Translations under genes and position numbers: made by a program
Shown here: one piece after another, positions 1 through 7,972 of the stretch
Layout: every line of letters begins with the position of its first letter
Position numbering within the stretch: the stretch's first letter is position 1
Source: Bacteroidetes bacterium CG2_30_32_10
Lineage (GTDB): Bacteria; Bacteroidota; Bacteroidia; Bacteroidales; CG2-30-32-10
Assembly (NCBI GenBank): GCA_001872995.1
Contig: MNXO01000012.1
Location: forward strand, 1-33,719
Reading direction: 5' to 3'
Length of the DNA stretch: 33,719 bases
Notes under the pieces: model-generated
What the model was told of the DNA's origin: nothing
Database searches by the model: none
Seen by the model: the letters and a program-made list of their open reading frames with translations, nothing else

Positions 1-278
1 TGATTTATAAATCCATTGTGTTCAAATGAAAAGCCCATTGCTAATCTTTTAAAAATAGAATAATCAACATACAATTTAACATTATCGCCTGCATCATTAA
101 TTGTTGAAAACATTGGTAATAAATAGGTATCATTATATTTAATTTGATATTTACAAAAACCAATATTGGCACCTATATTAAATTTATATGGATTGTTGGT
201 TGGCTTTTCTTTTTTTTCTTGGCTAAAAGCACTTAGGTATATAAACCAAAGAATTATTAAAAACTTAAATTTTATCAT
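1..278 (-). CDS. 5' part of a secreted/outer-membrane protein, possibly a beta-barrel, running off the left edge
   Basis: Not in the ORF track. Manual translation from ATG at 278 is open to the edge: MIKFKFLIILWFIYLSAFSQEKKEKPTNNPYKFNIGANIGFCKYQIKYNDTYLLPMFSTINDAGDNVKLYVDYSIFKRLAMGFSFEHNGFIN. It has a signal peptide ending AFS|Q followed by alternating beta-strand-like segments. Confidence 0.7.
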   Translation of the reverse strand, partial: MIKFKFLIILWFIYLSAFSQEKKEKPTNNPYKFNIGANIGFCKYQIKYNDTYLLPMFSTINDAGDNVKLYVDYSIFKRLAMGFSFEHNGFIN

Positions 279-551
279 TATTTTTAATTGGTTTAATTTT
301 ATGTATCGAAATTAATAAAAGGTTTTGAAAATAACAAAAATACTTTTTAAGTAAGAAGGTTAAAATCTTTGGGTTTGTTTTAATTATAAATATTGATTTA
401 CAAAATCAATTTTGTTCAAATCGCCAATAAAAACGAAGCTTTTGGGTTTTCATAGTTTATATTTTGGGATGTTTGGTTTGTCTATTTGTCAACAAGTTTA
501 ATGTAATTCTTTTTCAGGACAAGACATTTTCTATTTAAATGCGATTATTTT

Positions 552-559
552 TAACTTTG
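552..559 (+). promoter_or_regulatory. Bacteroidota sigma70 -7 element (TAnnTTTG) for the alkaline phosphatase gene
   Basis: TAACTTTG 30 bp upstream of the ATG at 589. Confidence 0.6.
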
Positions 560-588
560 TAAAATATTTCACTAATTAAAAAAAAACA

Positions 589-1986
589 ATGAAAAAAATA
601 GTAATATTAGTTTTAATTTCCCTTATTTTTTTATCTTTCACCAACATTTCGAATGCAGGAAACCCAAACAATAAAAAGAAACCTAAAAATATCATACTTC
701 TCATTGGAGATGGGATGGGTTACAATCAGATAAAATCCTGCGATTATTACTATGACCAAATACAAGCTTATGAAAAATGGGAAAATCATTATTGGGTAAG
801 CACTTATCCTTATGGTTCGTCTTATAATTCTGACTCTGTGTGGACATTTTATAATTATGTAAAAAGTCGTTATACCGATTCAGCACCAGCCGCCACAGCC
901 ATGGCAACGGGTGTAAAAACTTACGATGATGTGATTGGACTTGATCATTTATATTTAAAAGTAGAAAATGTTTGCGAATTAGCTAAGAAAAACAATAAAA
1001 GTACGGGGGTAATTACCACTGTTCCTATTCCACACGCAACCCCTGCTGGTTTTTTAGCTCACATTGTTAATAGAAACTATTATCATTCCATTCTAACACA
1101 AATGCTTATTGATAGCAAAGCCGATGTTGTTATGGGATGTGGCAATCCTGATTTCGATAACAATGGTAAACCTACTACCAAAGAATCTGATAGATATATT
1201 TATTCCAGTATTTGGAAAGATATTAAAAATGAAAGTCTGGAGTTTACCGATGAAACTGGTGTAAAAAGGACAATAAGTAGTTGCGATGCTGATAATACGC
1301 CTGATAAATGGTTTTTGTGTGAAAGATTTTCAACGTTCGACAGCATTGCCAAAGGATTATTTATACCAAAAAGATTGCTTGGCATTCCTCAAGTATTTGA
1401 AACCCTTCAACAAGAAAGAGATAAGAAGAGTGAAGAATTAAAACCTTATGATACGCCTTTTAATCCAAATATTCCTTCGCTTTCAACTATGGTTGGTGCA
1501 GGTTTAAATGTTTTACAAAAAAACAACAATGGTTTCTTTGTGATGATAGAAGGAGGTGCTATTGATTGGGCTTGTCATGGAGGAGATGCTGTTCGTTTGA
1601 TAGAAGAGGTCAATGAATTTAATAATGCCGTTGCCACAGTTATTGACTGGGTTAATAAAAACAGCAATTGGGACGAAACATTAGTTATCGTAGTAGCTGA
1701 CCACGAAACTGGTTTTTTAACTGGTAAAAATATCAACGAAAAAAATTATAAAACAGAAAAGCTGCAACTCGAAAATAATGGCAAACTAAATATGTCTGGT
1801 ATGGTATTCAACACGGGGAGTAAGACCAAAAGCTATTACTCTCATTCCAATTCATTAATACCAATATTTATCAAAGGAAACGGAAGCGAAGTGTTCACGA
1901 AATATATAGATGAATCTGATTTGGTTAGAGGCAAATATATGCAAAACAATGAAATAGGATTAGCTTTAAAAGAATTACTAAACTAA
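589..1986 (+). CDS. phoA: Alkaline phosphatase (PhoA family), secreted
   Basis: Signal peptide; KNIILLIGDGMG; catalytic Ser in TDSAPAATAMATG; HATPA; metal-ligand motifs IEGGAIDWACH and ADHETG; C-terminal His (SHSN). Confidence 0.93.
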   Translation: MKKIVILVLISLIFLSFTNISNAGNPNNKKKPKNIILLIGDGMGYNQIKSCDYYYDQIQAYEKWENHYWVSTYPYGSSYNSDSVWTFYNYVKSRYTDSAPAATAMATGVKTYDDVIGLDHLYLKVENVCELAKKNNKSTGVITTVPIPHATPAGFLAHIVNRNYYHSILTQMLIDSKADVVMGCGNPDFDNNGKPTTKESDRYIYSSIWKDIKNESLEFTDETGVKRTISSCDADNTPDKWFLCERFSTFDSIAKGLFIPKRLLGIPQVFETLQQERDKKSEELKPYDTPFNPNIPSLSTMVGAGLNVLQKNNNGFFVMIEGGAIDWACHGGDAVRLIEEVNEFNNAVATVIDWVNKNSNWDETLVIVVADHETGFLTGKNINEKNYKTEKLQLENNGKLNMSGMVFNTGSKTKSYYSHSNSLIPIFIKGNGSEVFTKYIDESDLVRGKYMQNNEIGLALKELLN

Positions 1987-2006
1987 ATCGAAATTTTATA
2001 AATTTG

Positions 2007-2266
2007 GGTTAATCCTTTTTTTGAGGTGCTTTTTTATAATTTTTCGAGAAACTTTGTATAATAGCTATTACACAAAGAGCCTCAAAGAAACCTCAAAAAT
2101 CACAAAGACTCATAATTGAACAAACAGGTTAATCCTTTTTTTGAGGTGCTTTTTTAATTTTTTTTGTGCAACTTTGAGAAAATTTTGTGCAACTTTGTGT
2201 AATAGCTATACCATAAAGAGCCGTAAAGAAACCTCAAAAATCACAAAGACCTATGATTGAAAAAAC
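2007..2266 (+). repeat. Two tandem imperfect direct repeats (2007-2125 and 2127-2266), each containing a heptamer-ladder palindrome
   Basis: Identical 30-mer GGTTAATCCTTTTTTTGAGGTGCTTTTTTA at 2007-2036 and 2127-2156. Both copies share TAATAGCTAT centres and AAAGAAACCTCAAAAATCACAAAGAC. Copy 1 ends ATAATTGAACAAAC and copy 2 ends ATGATTGAAAAAAC, the start of the GxxExxY gene. Confidence 0.93.
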
Positions 2267-2633
2267 CGAAAACGAACTATCAAATACTATTATTGGGTGT
2301 GCTATTGAAGTTCATAAACAATTAGGACCCGGTTTATTAGAATCGGCTTATCAGGAATGTTTGTTTTATGAGCTTGTTAACAAAGGATTGACTGTAATAA
2401 AAGAAAAACCTATGCCCATCATTTATAAAGATGTAAAACTTGATCATGGATATAGAATTGATTTACTCGTAAATAATAAGGTGGTAATAGAGATTAAAAC
2501 TGACGAGGTATTTACAGATGTCCATACTGCACAAGTTTTGACTTATCTTAAATTAGGTAATTATAAACTCGGTCTATTACTTAATTTTTATGTTACAACT
2601 CTTAAAACAGGAATAAAACGAGTTATCAATTAA
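2253..2633 (+). CDS. GxxExxY protein (PD-(D/E)XK nuclease superfamily)
   Basis: 126 aa; EVHKQLGPGLLESAYQECL signature; RIDLLV...IEIK (D...ExK); HTAQVLTYLK; LGLLLNF. Confidence 0.95.
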   Translation: MIEKTENELSNTIIGCAIEVHKQLGPGLLESAYQECLFYELVNKGLTVIKEKPMPIIYKDVKLDHGYRIDLLVNNKVVIEIKTDEVFTDVHTAQVLTYLKLGNYKLGLLLNFYVTTLKTGIKRVIN

Positions 2634-2659
2634 AATAGTAGCACAAAAAAGAATTAACC

Positions 2660-2667
2660 TATATTTG
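2660..2667 (+). promoter_or_regulatory. -7 promoter element for the 2685 ORF / TonB receptor unit
   Basis: TATATTTG(CA) matches TAnnTTTG, 18 bp before the TTG start. Confidence 0.6.
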
Positions 2668-2684
2668 CATTTTATTGATATGCT

Positions 2685-3203
2685 TTGAAAAGAACAATCA
2701 TCATACTAATCCTTTTACCTTTTCTGTATTTAAACATCGGATTTTATCCATTTTTCCTACTAAAACAGCAATTGATTAAAAAGGAAATCAAGCTAAAATT
2801 GAAAGGGAGCATTCCTAATAATGAATTAACAACATTAATATTCGATAAAGCTACTTATACATCTATAAAGTGGATCAATAAAAAAGAATTTTCTTTTAAT
2901 GACCACATGTATGATGTTGTCAAAATTGAAAACATCAATAATAATAACATCAAGGTAATTTGTATTGATGATATAAAAGAGAAATTATTATTTATACAAT
3001 TAGATAAACTCACTAAAACCAGCAAAAAAAGTAAACAGAACAAAGAATTCTTTTTATCTAAATTGCTTATCAAGGATTATATGCCAACTAATAAATTAAT
3101 TGTAGAGCGTTTTTATAAAATAATTAATCGCTTTAGCCTAATAAAAGACTTTTACAACTCTTTTGAAACGGAAAAACCCAGTCCTCCTCCTAAATTCTGT
3201 TAA
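2685..3203 (+). CDS. Hypothetical membrane-anchored protein with C-terminal PPP tail, upstream of a TonB-dependent receptor
   Basis: TTG start; N-terminal hydrophobic segment; core EFSFNDHMYDVV...CIDDIKE; ends KPSPPPKFC. Confidence 0.75.
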   Translation: MKRTIIILILLPFLYLNIGFYPFFLLKQQLIKKEIKLKLKGSIPNNELTTLIFDKATYTSIKWINKKEFSFNDHMYDVVKIENINNNNIKVICIDDIKEKLLFIQLDKLTKTSKKSKQNKEFFLSKLLIKDYMPTNKLIVERFYKIINRFSLIKDFYNSFETEKPSPPPKFC

Positions 3204-3363
3204 TAATTTCTTTTAAGTGTTTAATAAATATTAATCCCATTAGGTTTAAAACCTCTGGTATTTTATTATTACACCCAATTTAATATTTGTTTGCTTATTG
3301 TTGTTTAGAAACAACTTTGAGGAAACGAAAAACATATTTATAAATTCAAATAATCGTAAAAAG

Positions 3364-5775
3364 ATGAAAAAAACAATACTTTTCTTTTTAATATTTACAA
3401 GCGTTATATCAATAAATAAAGCTCAAACCATATCGGTAATAGATAAAACAACCTTGCAAACCATTCCAAATATTACCATTACTGATTTGATTTCAAACAA
3501 AACCATTGTAACAAATGCAAAAGGTCAGGTTGATATAAGCCCTTTTAAACATTCTGACAGCATAAAAATTAGTTATGTGGGTTATCAAACAATGGTATTA
3601 AGTTATCAACAAATCATTGCCAATAAAAACAAAGTGATGATGAGCGAAAAACTATATTCATTAGGCGAAATCGTAATATCTGCCAACCGATTTGAGGAGA
3701 AAAAAGAAGATATTCCTTCGCAAATGCAATTAATAAAATCAAAGGAACTTACTTTTATGAATCAACCAACTACTGCTGATATTATTACACAATCGGGAAA
3801 CATACTTGTTCAAAAAAGCCAAATGGGTGGTGGGAGTCCAATTATTCGTGGTTTTGAAGCGAATAAAGTTTTGATGGTAATTGATGGTGTTAGGATGAAC
3901 AATGCAATATATCGTGTAGGTCATCTTCAAAATATCATCACCATTAATAATTCTGTTTTAGACAAGGTAGAAGTAATTTTTGGACCTGGCTCCGTAGTTT
4001 ATGGTAGTGATGCTTTGGGTGGTGTAATGCACTTTTATACCCAAAACCCTGTTTTGTCATCAGAAGTTGGTAAAACCAATATAAGTGCAAATGCATTTAC
4101 TAGGTATTCAACCGCTTCAAACGAAAGTACTTCTAATATAACGTTTAATATTGGTGGACAAAAAGTCGCATCTCTCACAAGTATCTCTTATTCTAAGTTT
4201 GGCGATTTACGCCAAGGCAATATTCGCAACCCCTTTTATGGTGATTGGGGAAAGTGCAATTTTTATGTGAAACGTTTTGATAACAAAGATAGTATGTTGG
4301 TTAATGACAATGTGAACATACAAAAGAACTCAGGTTATAGCCAGATTGATTTGTTTGAAAAGATTTTGTTTAAACAAACCGATTTTCTTTCTCATTTAAT
4401 AAACATACAATATTCTACTTCATCAGATATTCCTCGTTACGACCGACTAACAGAGATGTCGGGAGGTAAACCAAAATATGGTGAATGGTATTATGGACCA
4501 CAAAAACGCTTACTTGCTGCTTATAACCTAAACTATAAAAGGCAAAGTCTTGTAATGGATAACCTAAACCTTATTTTATCATACCAAGATATTGAAGAAA
4601 GCCGTTACGACCGCAAATTTAAAAAGAACTTTAAAAACTGTCGCATCGAACAAGTAAATGTAATGGCTTTGAACTTGGATGTGGAGAAAAAAATAAAGAA
4701 AAATGAACTCAGATACGGGCTTGAGGGAACCTACAATAAAGTAAATTCCTCTGCACACATTCAAGACATCATTGCTGATACTACCGCCTCATTAGACACA
4801 AGGTATCCTGATGGCGGTTCTGATATGAAATCGTTTGCACTTTATTTAACACATACCTACGAATTGAATCCTAAATTTATTATTACAGATGGGATTCGCT
4901 ATAGTTACGTTACATTGGATGCAACTTTTGAAGATACCACCTTCTATCATTTTCCTTTTAAAGAAGTAAGCCAGAAAAACAACGCATTAAATGGCAATTT
5001 AGGCGTTGTTTGTATGCCTGGTAGCGAATGGCGATTTGCACTTCTCGGTTCTACTGGGTTTCGAGCTCCTAATGTAGATGATTTGAGTAAAGTATTTGAA
5101 AGTGTTCCTGGCAACATCATTGTACCAAATCCTGATTTGAAACCAGAATATACTTATAATGGCGAAATAACTATAGGAAAAGGGTTTAATAATAGGATTA
5201 ATATTGAAGGAGTTGGTTATTATACCATTTATAAAAATGCTATCACCACAAAACCTGTAAAATTTAACGGAAAAGATAGCATAATGTATGACGGTCAATT
5301 GAGTCAAGTAACGAGCAATGTAAATGCACTCGAAGCTTATATATATGGGACAAGTATAAATTTAAAAGCAGATATTACTGATAATTTTTCTATTGCAAGT
5401 TCTTTAAATTATACTTATGGAAGAATTAAAACGGATACCACGGCTTATCAATTGGATCATATTCCTCCTGTTTTTGGAAAAACCTCCTTCAACTTAAATT
5501 TAAATAAATTCAGATGCGAATTTTTTGTGATGTATAATGGCTGGAAGCGAGAAAAAGATTATAATAAATATGGAGAAGACAACTTTAAAAGCGCAACACC
5601 CAATGGGATGCCCGCTTGGTTTACTTTAAATCTTCGGACTGCATATCAATTTAACAAACACATTCAGCTACAAGCTGGATTAGAAAACCTATTAAATCAA
5701 AATTATCGCGTTTTTGCTTCAGGCATTGGAGCACCAGGACGCAATTTGTTTGTAACACTTAGGGGAAACTTCTAA
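3364..5775 (+). CDS. TonB-dependent outer-membrane receptor
   Basis: Likely start is ATG 3364 (MKKTILFF signal peptide) rather than 3298. N-terminal extension (ISYVGYQ); plug motifs SPIIRGFEANKVLMVIDGVR and EVIFGPGSVVYGSDALGG; GFRAPN and NPDLKPE; ENLLNQNY...PGRN; terminal Phe. Confidence 0.95.
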   Translation: MKKTILFFLIFTSVISINKAQTISVIDKTTLQTIPNITITDLISNKTIVTNAKGQVDISPFKHSDSIKISYVGYQTMVLSYQQIIANKNKVMMSEKLYSLGEIVISANRFEEKKEDIPSQMQLIKSKELTFMNQPTTADIITQSGNILVQKSQMGGGSPIIRGFEANKVLMVIDGVRMNNAIYRVGHLQNIITINNSVLDKVEVIFGPGSVVYGSDALGGVMHFYTQNPVLSSEVGKTNISANAFTRYSTASNESTSNITFNIGGQKVASLTSISYSKFGDLRQGNIRNPFYGDWGKCNFYVKRFDNKDSMLVNDNVNIQKNSGYSQIDLFEKILFKQTDFLSHLINIQYSTSSDIPRYDRLTEMSGGKPKYGEWYYGPQKRLLAAYNLNYKRQSLVMDNLNLILSYQDIEESRYDRKFKKNFKNCRIEQVNVMALNLDVEKKIKKNELRYGLEGTYNKVNSSAHIQDIIADTTASLDTRYPDGGSDMKSFALYLTHTYELNPKFIITDGIRYSYVTLDATFEDTTFYHFPFKEVSQKNNALNGNLGVVCMPGSEWRFALLGSTGFRAPNVDDLSKVFESVPGNIIVPNPDLKPEYTYNGEITIGKGFNNRINIEGVGYYTIYKNAITTKPVKFNGKDSIMYDGQLSQVTSNVNALEAYIYGTSINLKADITDNFSIASSLNYTYGRIKTDTTAYQLDHIPPVFGKTSFNLNLNKFRCEFFVMYNGWKREKDYNKYGEDNFKSATPNGMPAWFTLNLRTAYQFNKHIQLQAGLENLLNQNYRVFASGIGAPGRNLFVTLRGNF

Positions 5776-5779
5776 TAAG

Positions 5780-5812
5780 AATAGCGATGCTTTGTTGAAA
5801 AGCATCGCTATT
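5780..5812. terminator. Intrinsic terminator hairpin between the convergent TBDR and suf genes
   Basis: Perfect 14 bp inverted repeat AATAGCGATGCTTT-GTTGA-AAAGCATCGCTATT, followed by T-rich sequence, just after the stop codon. Confidence 0.85.
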
Positions 5813-5948
5813 TTAAATTTTTTTGCCCACTTTGTAGTATCAAAATTAAGTATTGCTAAAAATTTATAATTAACCTCTAACATGATGTATAAAATACAAA
5901 TGTTTGCCTGGTTTTGTTGATGCTGATCGAATAAGTATAAGGATAATA

Positions 5949-6272
5949 TTATAGCAAACCTAATTCGAGCATTGCTGCTTCTGATATCATATCTTTATCC
6001 CAAGGCGGCTCAAACGTTAAATCAATCTCAACGTCCGAAATGCCTTCAATTAATTTAACTGCATCGCGAACTTCTGTAGGCATTGTTTCTGCAATTGGAC
6101 AATTGGGGGAAGTTAAGGTCATTTTGATATATGCCTTCTTATTTTCATCGACTTTAATTTCATATATCAACCCCAAATCATAAATATTTACAGGTATTTC
6201 GGGATCGAAAATTGTTTTTAAGGTATCTACAATCTTACTTTCTAGGGCAAGGTAATTATTTTGATTTTCCAT
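5949..6272 (-). CDS. sufT: SufT-like DUF59 Fe-S cluster assembly protein
   Basis: DPEIPVNIYDLGLIY, MTLTSPNCP, FEPPW motifs; last gene of the suf operon. Confidence 0.9.
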   Translation of the reverse strand: MENQNNYLALESKIVDTLKTIFDPEIPVNIYDLGLIYEIKVDENKKAYIKMTLTSPNCPIAETMPTEVRDAVKLIEGISDVEIDLTFEPPWDKDMISEAAMLELGLL

Positions 6273-6279
6273 AACTTAA

Positions 6280-6705
6280 TTATTTAGACATTTTTGTTTT
6301 AAAAGCCAATGCATAAAGCTTCATTTGCTTAATCATTGCTGTTAAACCATTGGCGCGAGTAGGAGAAAGATGCTCTTTTAAACCTATTTTTTCAACAAAA
6401 TCGAGCTTTGAATTCAAAACATCATCGGGTGTTTGATTTGACAAAGCGCGAATTAGCAAACCAACAATTCCTTTGGTGATAATAGCATCGCTATCGGCTT
6501 TAAAAATAATTTTATCACCCTCCAGTTCGGCATTTAACCATACCTGCGATTGGCATCCTTCTATTAGATTGCTTTTAGTTTTATATTTTTCATCAATAAG
6601 AGGTAAGGTTTTACCAAATTCAATGATGTAACTATACTTATCCATCCAATCGTCAAAGTTAGAAAACTCTTCAACGATTTCATTTTCTATTTCTTCTATT
6701 TTCAT
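6280..6705 (-). CDS. sufE: SufE sulfur acceptor
   Basis: IEGCQSQVWL, ADSDA, HLSPTRANG. Confidence 0.95.
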   Translation of the reverse strand: MKIEEIENEIVEEFSNFDDWMDKYSYIIEFGKTLPLIDEKYKTKSNLIEGCQSQVWLNAELEGDKIIFKADSDAIITKGIVGLLIRALSNQTPDDVLNSKLDFVEKIGLKEHLSPTRANGLTAMIKQMKLYALAFKTKMSK

Positions 6706-6748
6706 TTTCTATTTCTTTAAATTAATCGATTAAAAGACAAGCACCAAT

Positions 6749-7966
6749 TTAGCTAAACATTTCTATTACTTTTTGTAAGGATTTAATCATCCCATCAATT
6801 TCTTCTTTGGTATTATATAAAGCAAAAGAGGCACGAATGGTTCCGGGTATGCCATACCAATCCATAATAGGTTGTGCACAATGATGACCCGTCCGCACAG
6901 CCACGCCTAATTTATCTAATATAGTGCCAGCATCATAAGGATGAATATTTTCGAGTAAAAAAGAAATAACAGCCGCTTTTTCTTTGGCTGTTCCGTAAAT
7001 TTTTAAACCATTTATATTCAATAATTGATTGGTAGCATAGTGTAAGAGTTCAGCTTCATACAAAGCAATATTAAACAATCCAATAGAAGAAACATAATCT
7101 AAAGCTGCTTTAAGGGCAATACCATCGGCAATATTGGGTGTACCTGCTTCAAATTTGAAAGGCAAACTACTGTATTCTGTTTTTTCGAATGTAACTTTGC
7201 GAATCATTTCGCCTCCACCTTGGTAGGGAGGCATTTCTTCTAAAAGCTTTTCTTTGCCATACAATACTCCAATGCCTGTTGGTCCATACACTTTATGCCC
7301 AGAGAAACAATAAAAGTCGCAATCCAATTCTTTTACATCTACTTTGAGATGAGAAACTGCTTGTGCTCCATCAATTAATACTGGAATATTGTATTTATGA
7401 GCAATATCAATTAATCTTTTGATGGGGTTGATAGTTCCCAGTGCATTGGAAACATGGGTGATTGCCAAGAGTTTTGTTTTATCAGTAAAACGTTTTTCAA
7501 TATCGGTTAAATTTAATTCACCGGTATCAGTGATAGGAATCACCGCTAATTTGGCTTCTTTTTCTTCGCAAATTATTTGCCAGGGAACAATATTCGAATG
7601 ATGTTCCATCCCTGATAGCAATATTTCATCACCTTGCTTCAAGTATTTTTTCCCAAAAGAAGAGGCGACGAGGTTAATAGATTCGGTGGCACCACGGGTA
7701 AAAATAATTTCGTAGTCGTGTTCGGCATTGATAAAAGTTTTCACAGCTTTACGCGATTCTTCGTAAGCTTGCGTACCCATTTGACTTAAATAATGCACTC
7801 CTCTGTGAATATTGGCATTGTCTTGTTCGTAATATTTGCTAATGGCATCAATTACCACTTGCGGTTTTTGGGTAGTAGCAGCATTGTCAAAATAAACCAA
7901 AGGACGATTATAAACGGTTCTTTTGAGTATAGGAAAATCCTGTCTAATTTTATTTATATCGAACAT
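6749..7966 (-). CDS. sufS: Cysteine desulfurase SufS
   Basis: YFDNAATTQKP, EHHSN, DGAQ, FSGHK (PLP lysine), VRTGHHCAQP (group II catalytic Cys). Confidence 0.97.
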   Translation of the reverse strand: MFDINKIRQDFPILKRTVYNRPLVYFDNAATTQKPQVVIDAISKYYEQDNANIHRGVHYLSQMGTQAYEESRKAVKTFINAEHDYEIIFTRGATESINLVASSFGKKYLKQGDEILLSGMEHHSNIVPWQIICEEKEAKLAVIPITDTGELNLTDIEKRFTDKTKLLAITHVSNALGTINPIKRLIDIAHKYNIPVLIDGAQAVSHLKVDVKELDCDFYCFSGHKVYGPTGIGVLYGKEKLLEEMPPYQGGGEMIRKVTFEKTEYSSLPFKFEAGTPNIADGIALKAALDYVSSIGLFNIALYEAELLHYATNQLLNINGLKIYGTAKEKAAVISFLLENIHPYDAGTILDKLGVAVRTGHHCAQPIMDWYGIPGTIRASFALYNTKEEIDGMIKSLQKVIEMFS

Positions 7967-7972
7967 ATTCGC

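Larger units (their letters stand above)
2007..2659. mobile_element. Candidate GxxExxY cassette bounded by imperfect inverted repeats
   Basis: 2631-2660 TAAAATAGTAGCACAAAAAAGAATTAACCT matches the reverse complement of 2126-2156 (TAAAAAAGCACCTCAAAAAAAGGATTAACCT) at 25 of 31 positions by manual alignment. Flanks are TAAATTTG (1999-2006) and TATATTTG (2660-2667). No transposase is present, so mobility is inference. Confidence 0.35.

Noticed and set aside
2007-2266. CRISPR array interpretation of the two identical 30-mers
   Set aside because: Only two copies; the ~90 bp between them is itself homologous to the sequence after copy 2 rather than a unique spacer; no cas genes in the window.
5813-5948. 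Intergenic gap between the TBDR terminator and sufT
   Set aside because: No ORF, repeat or convincing structure found.
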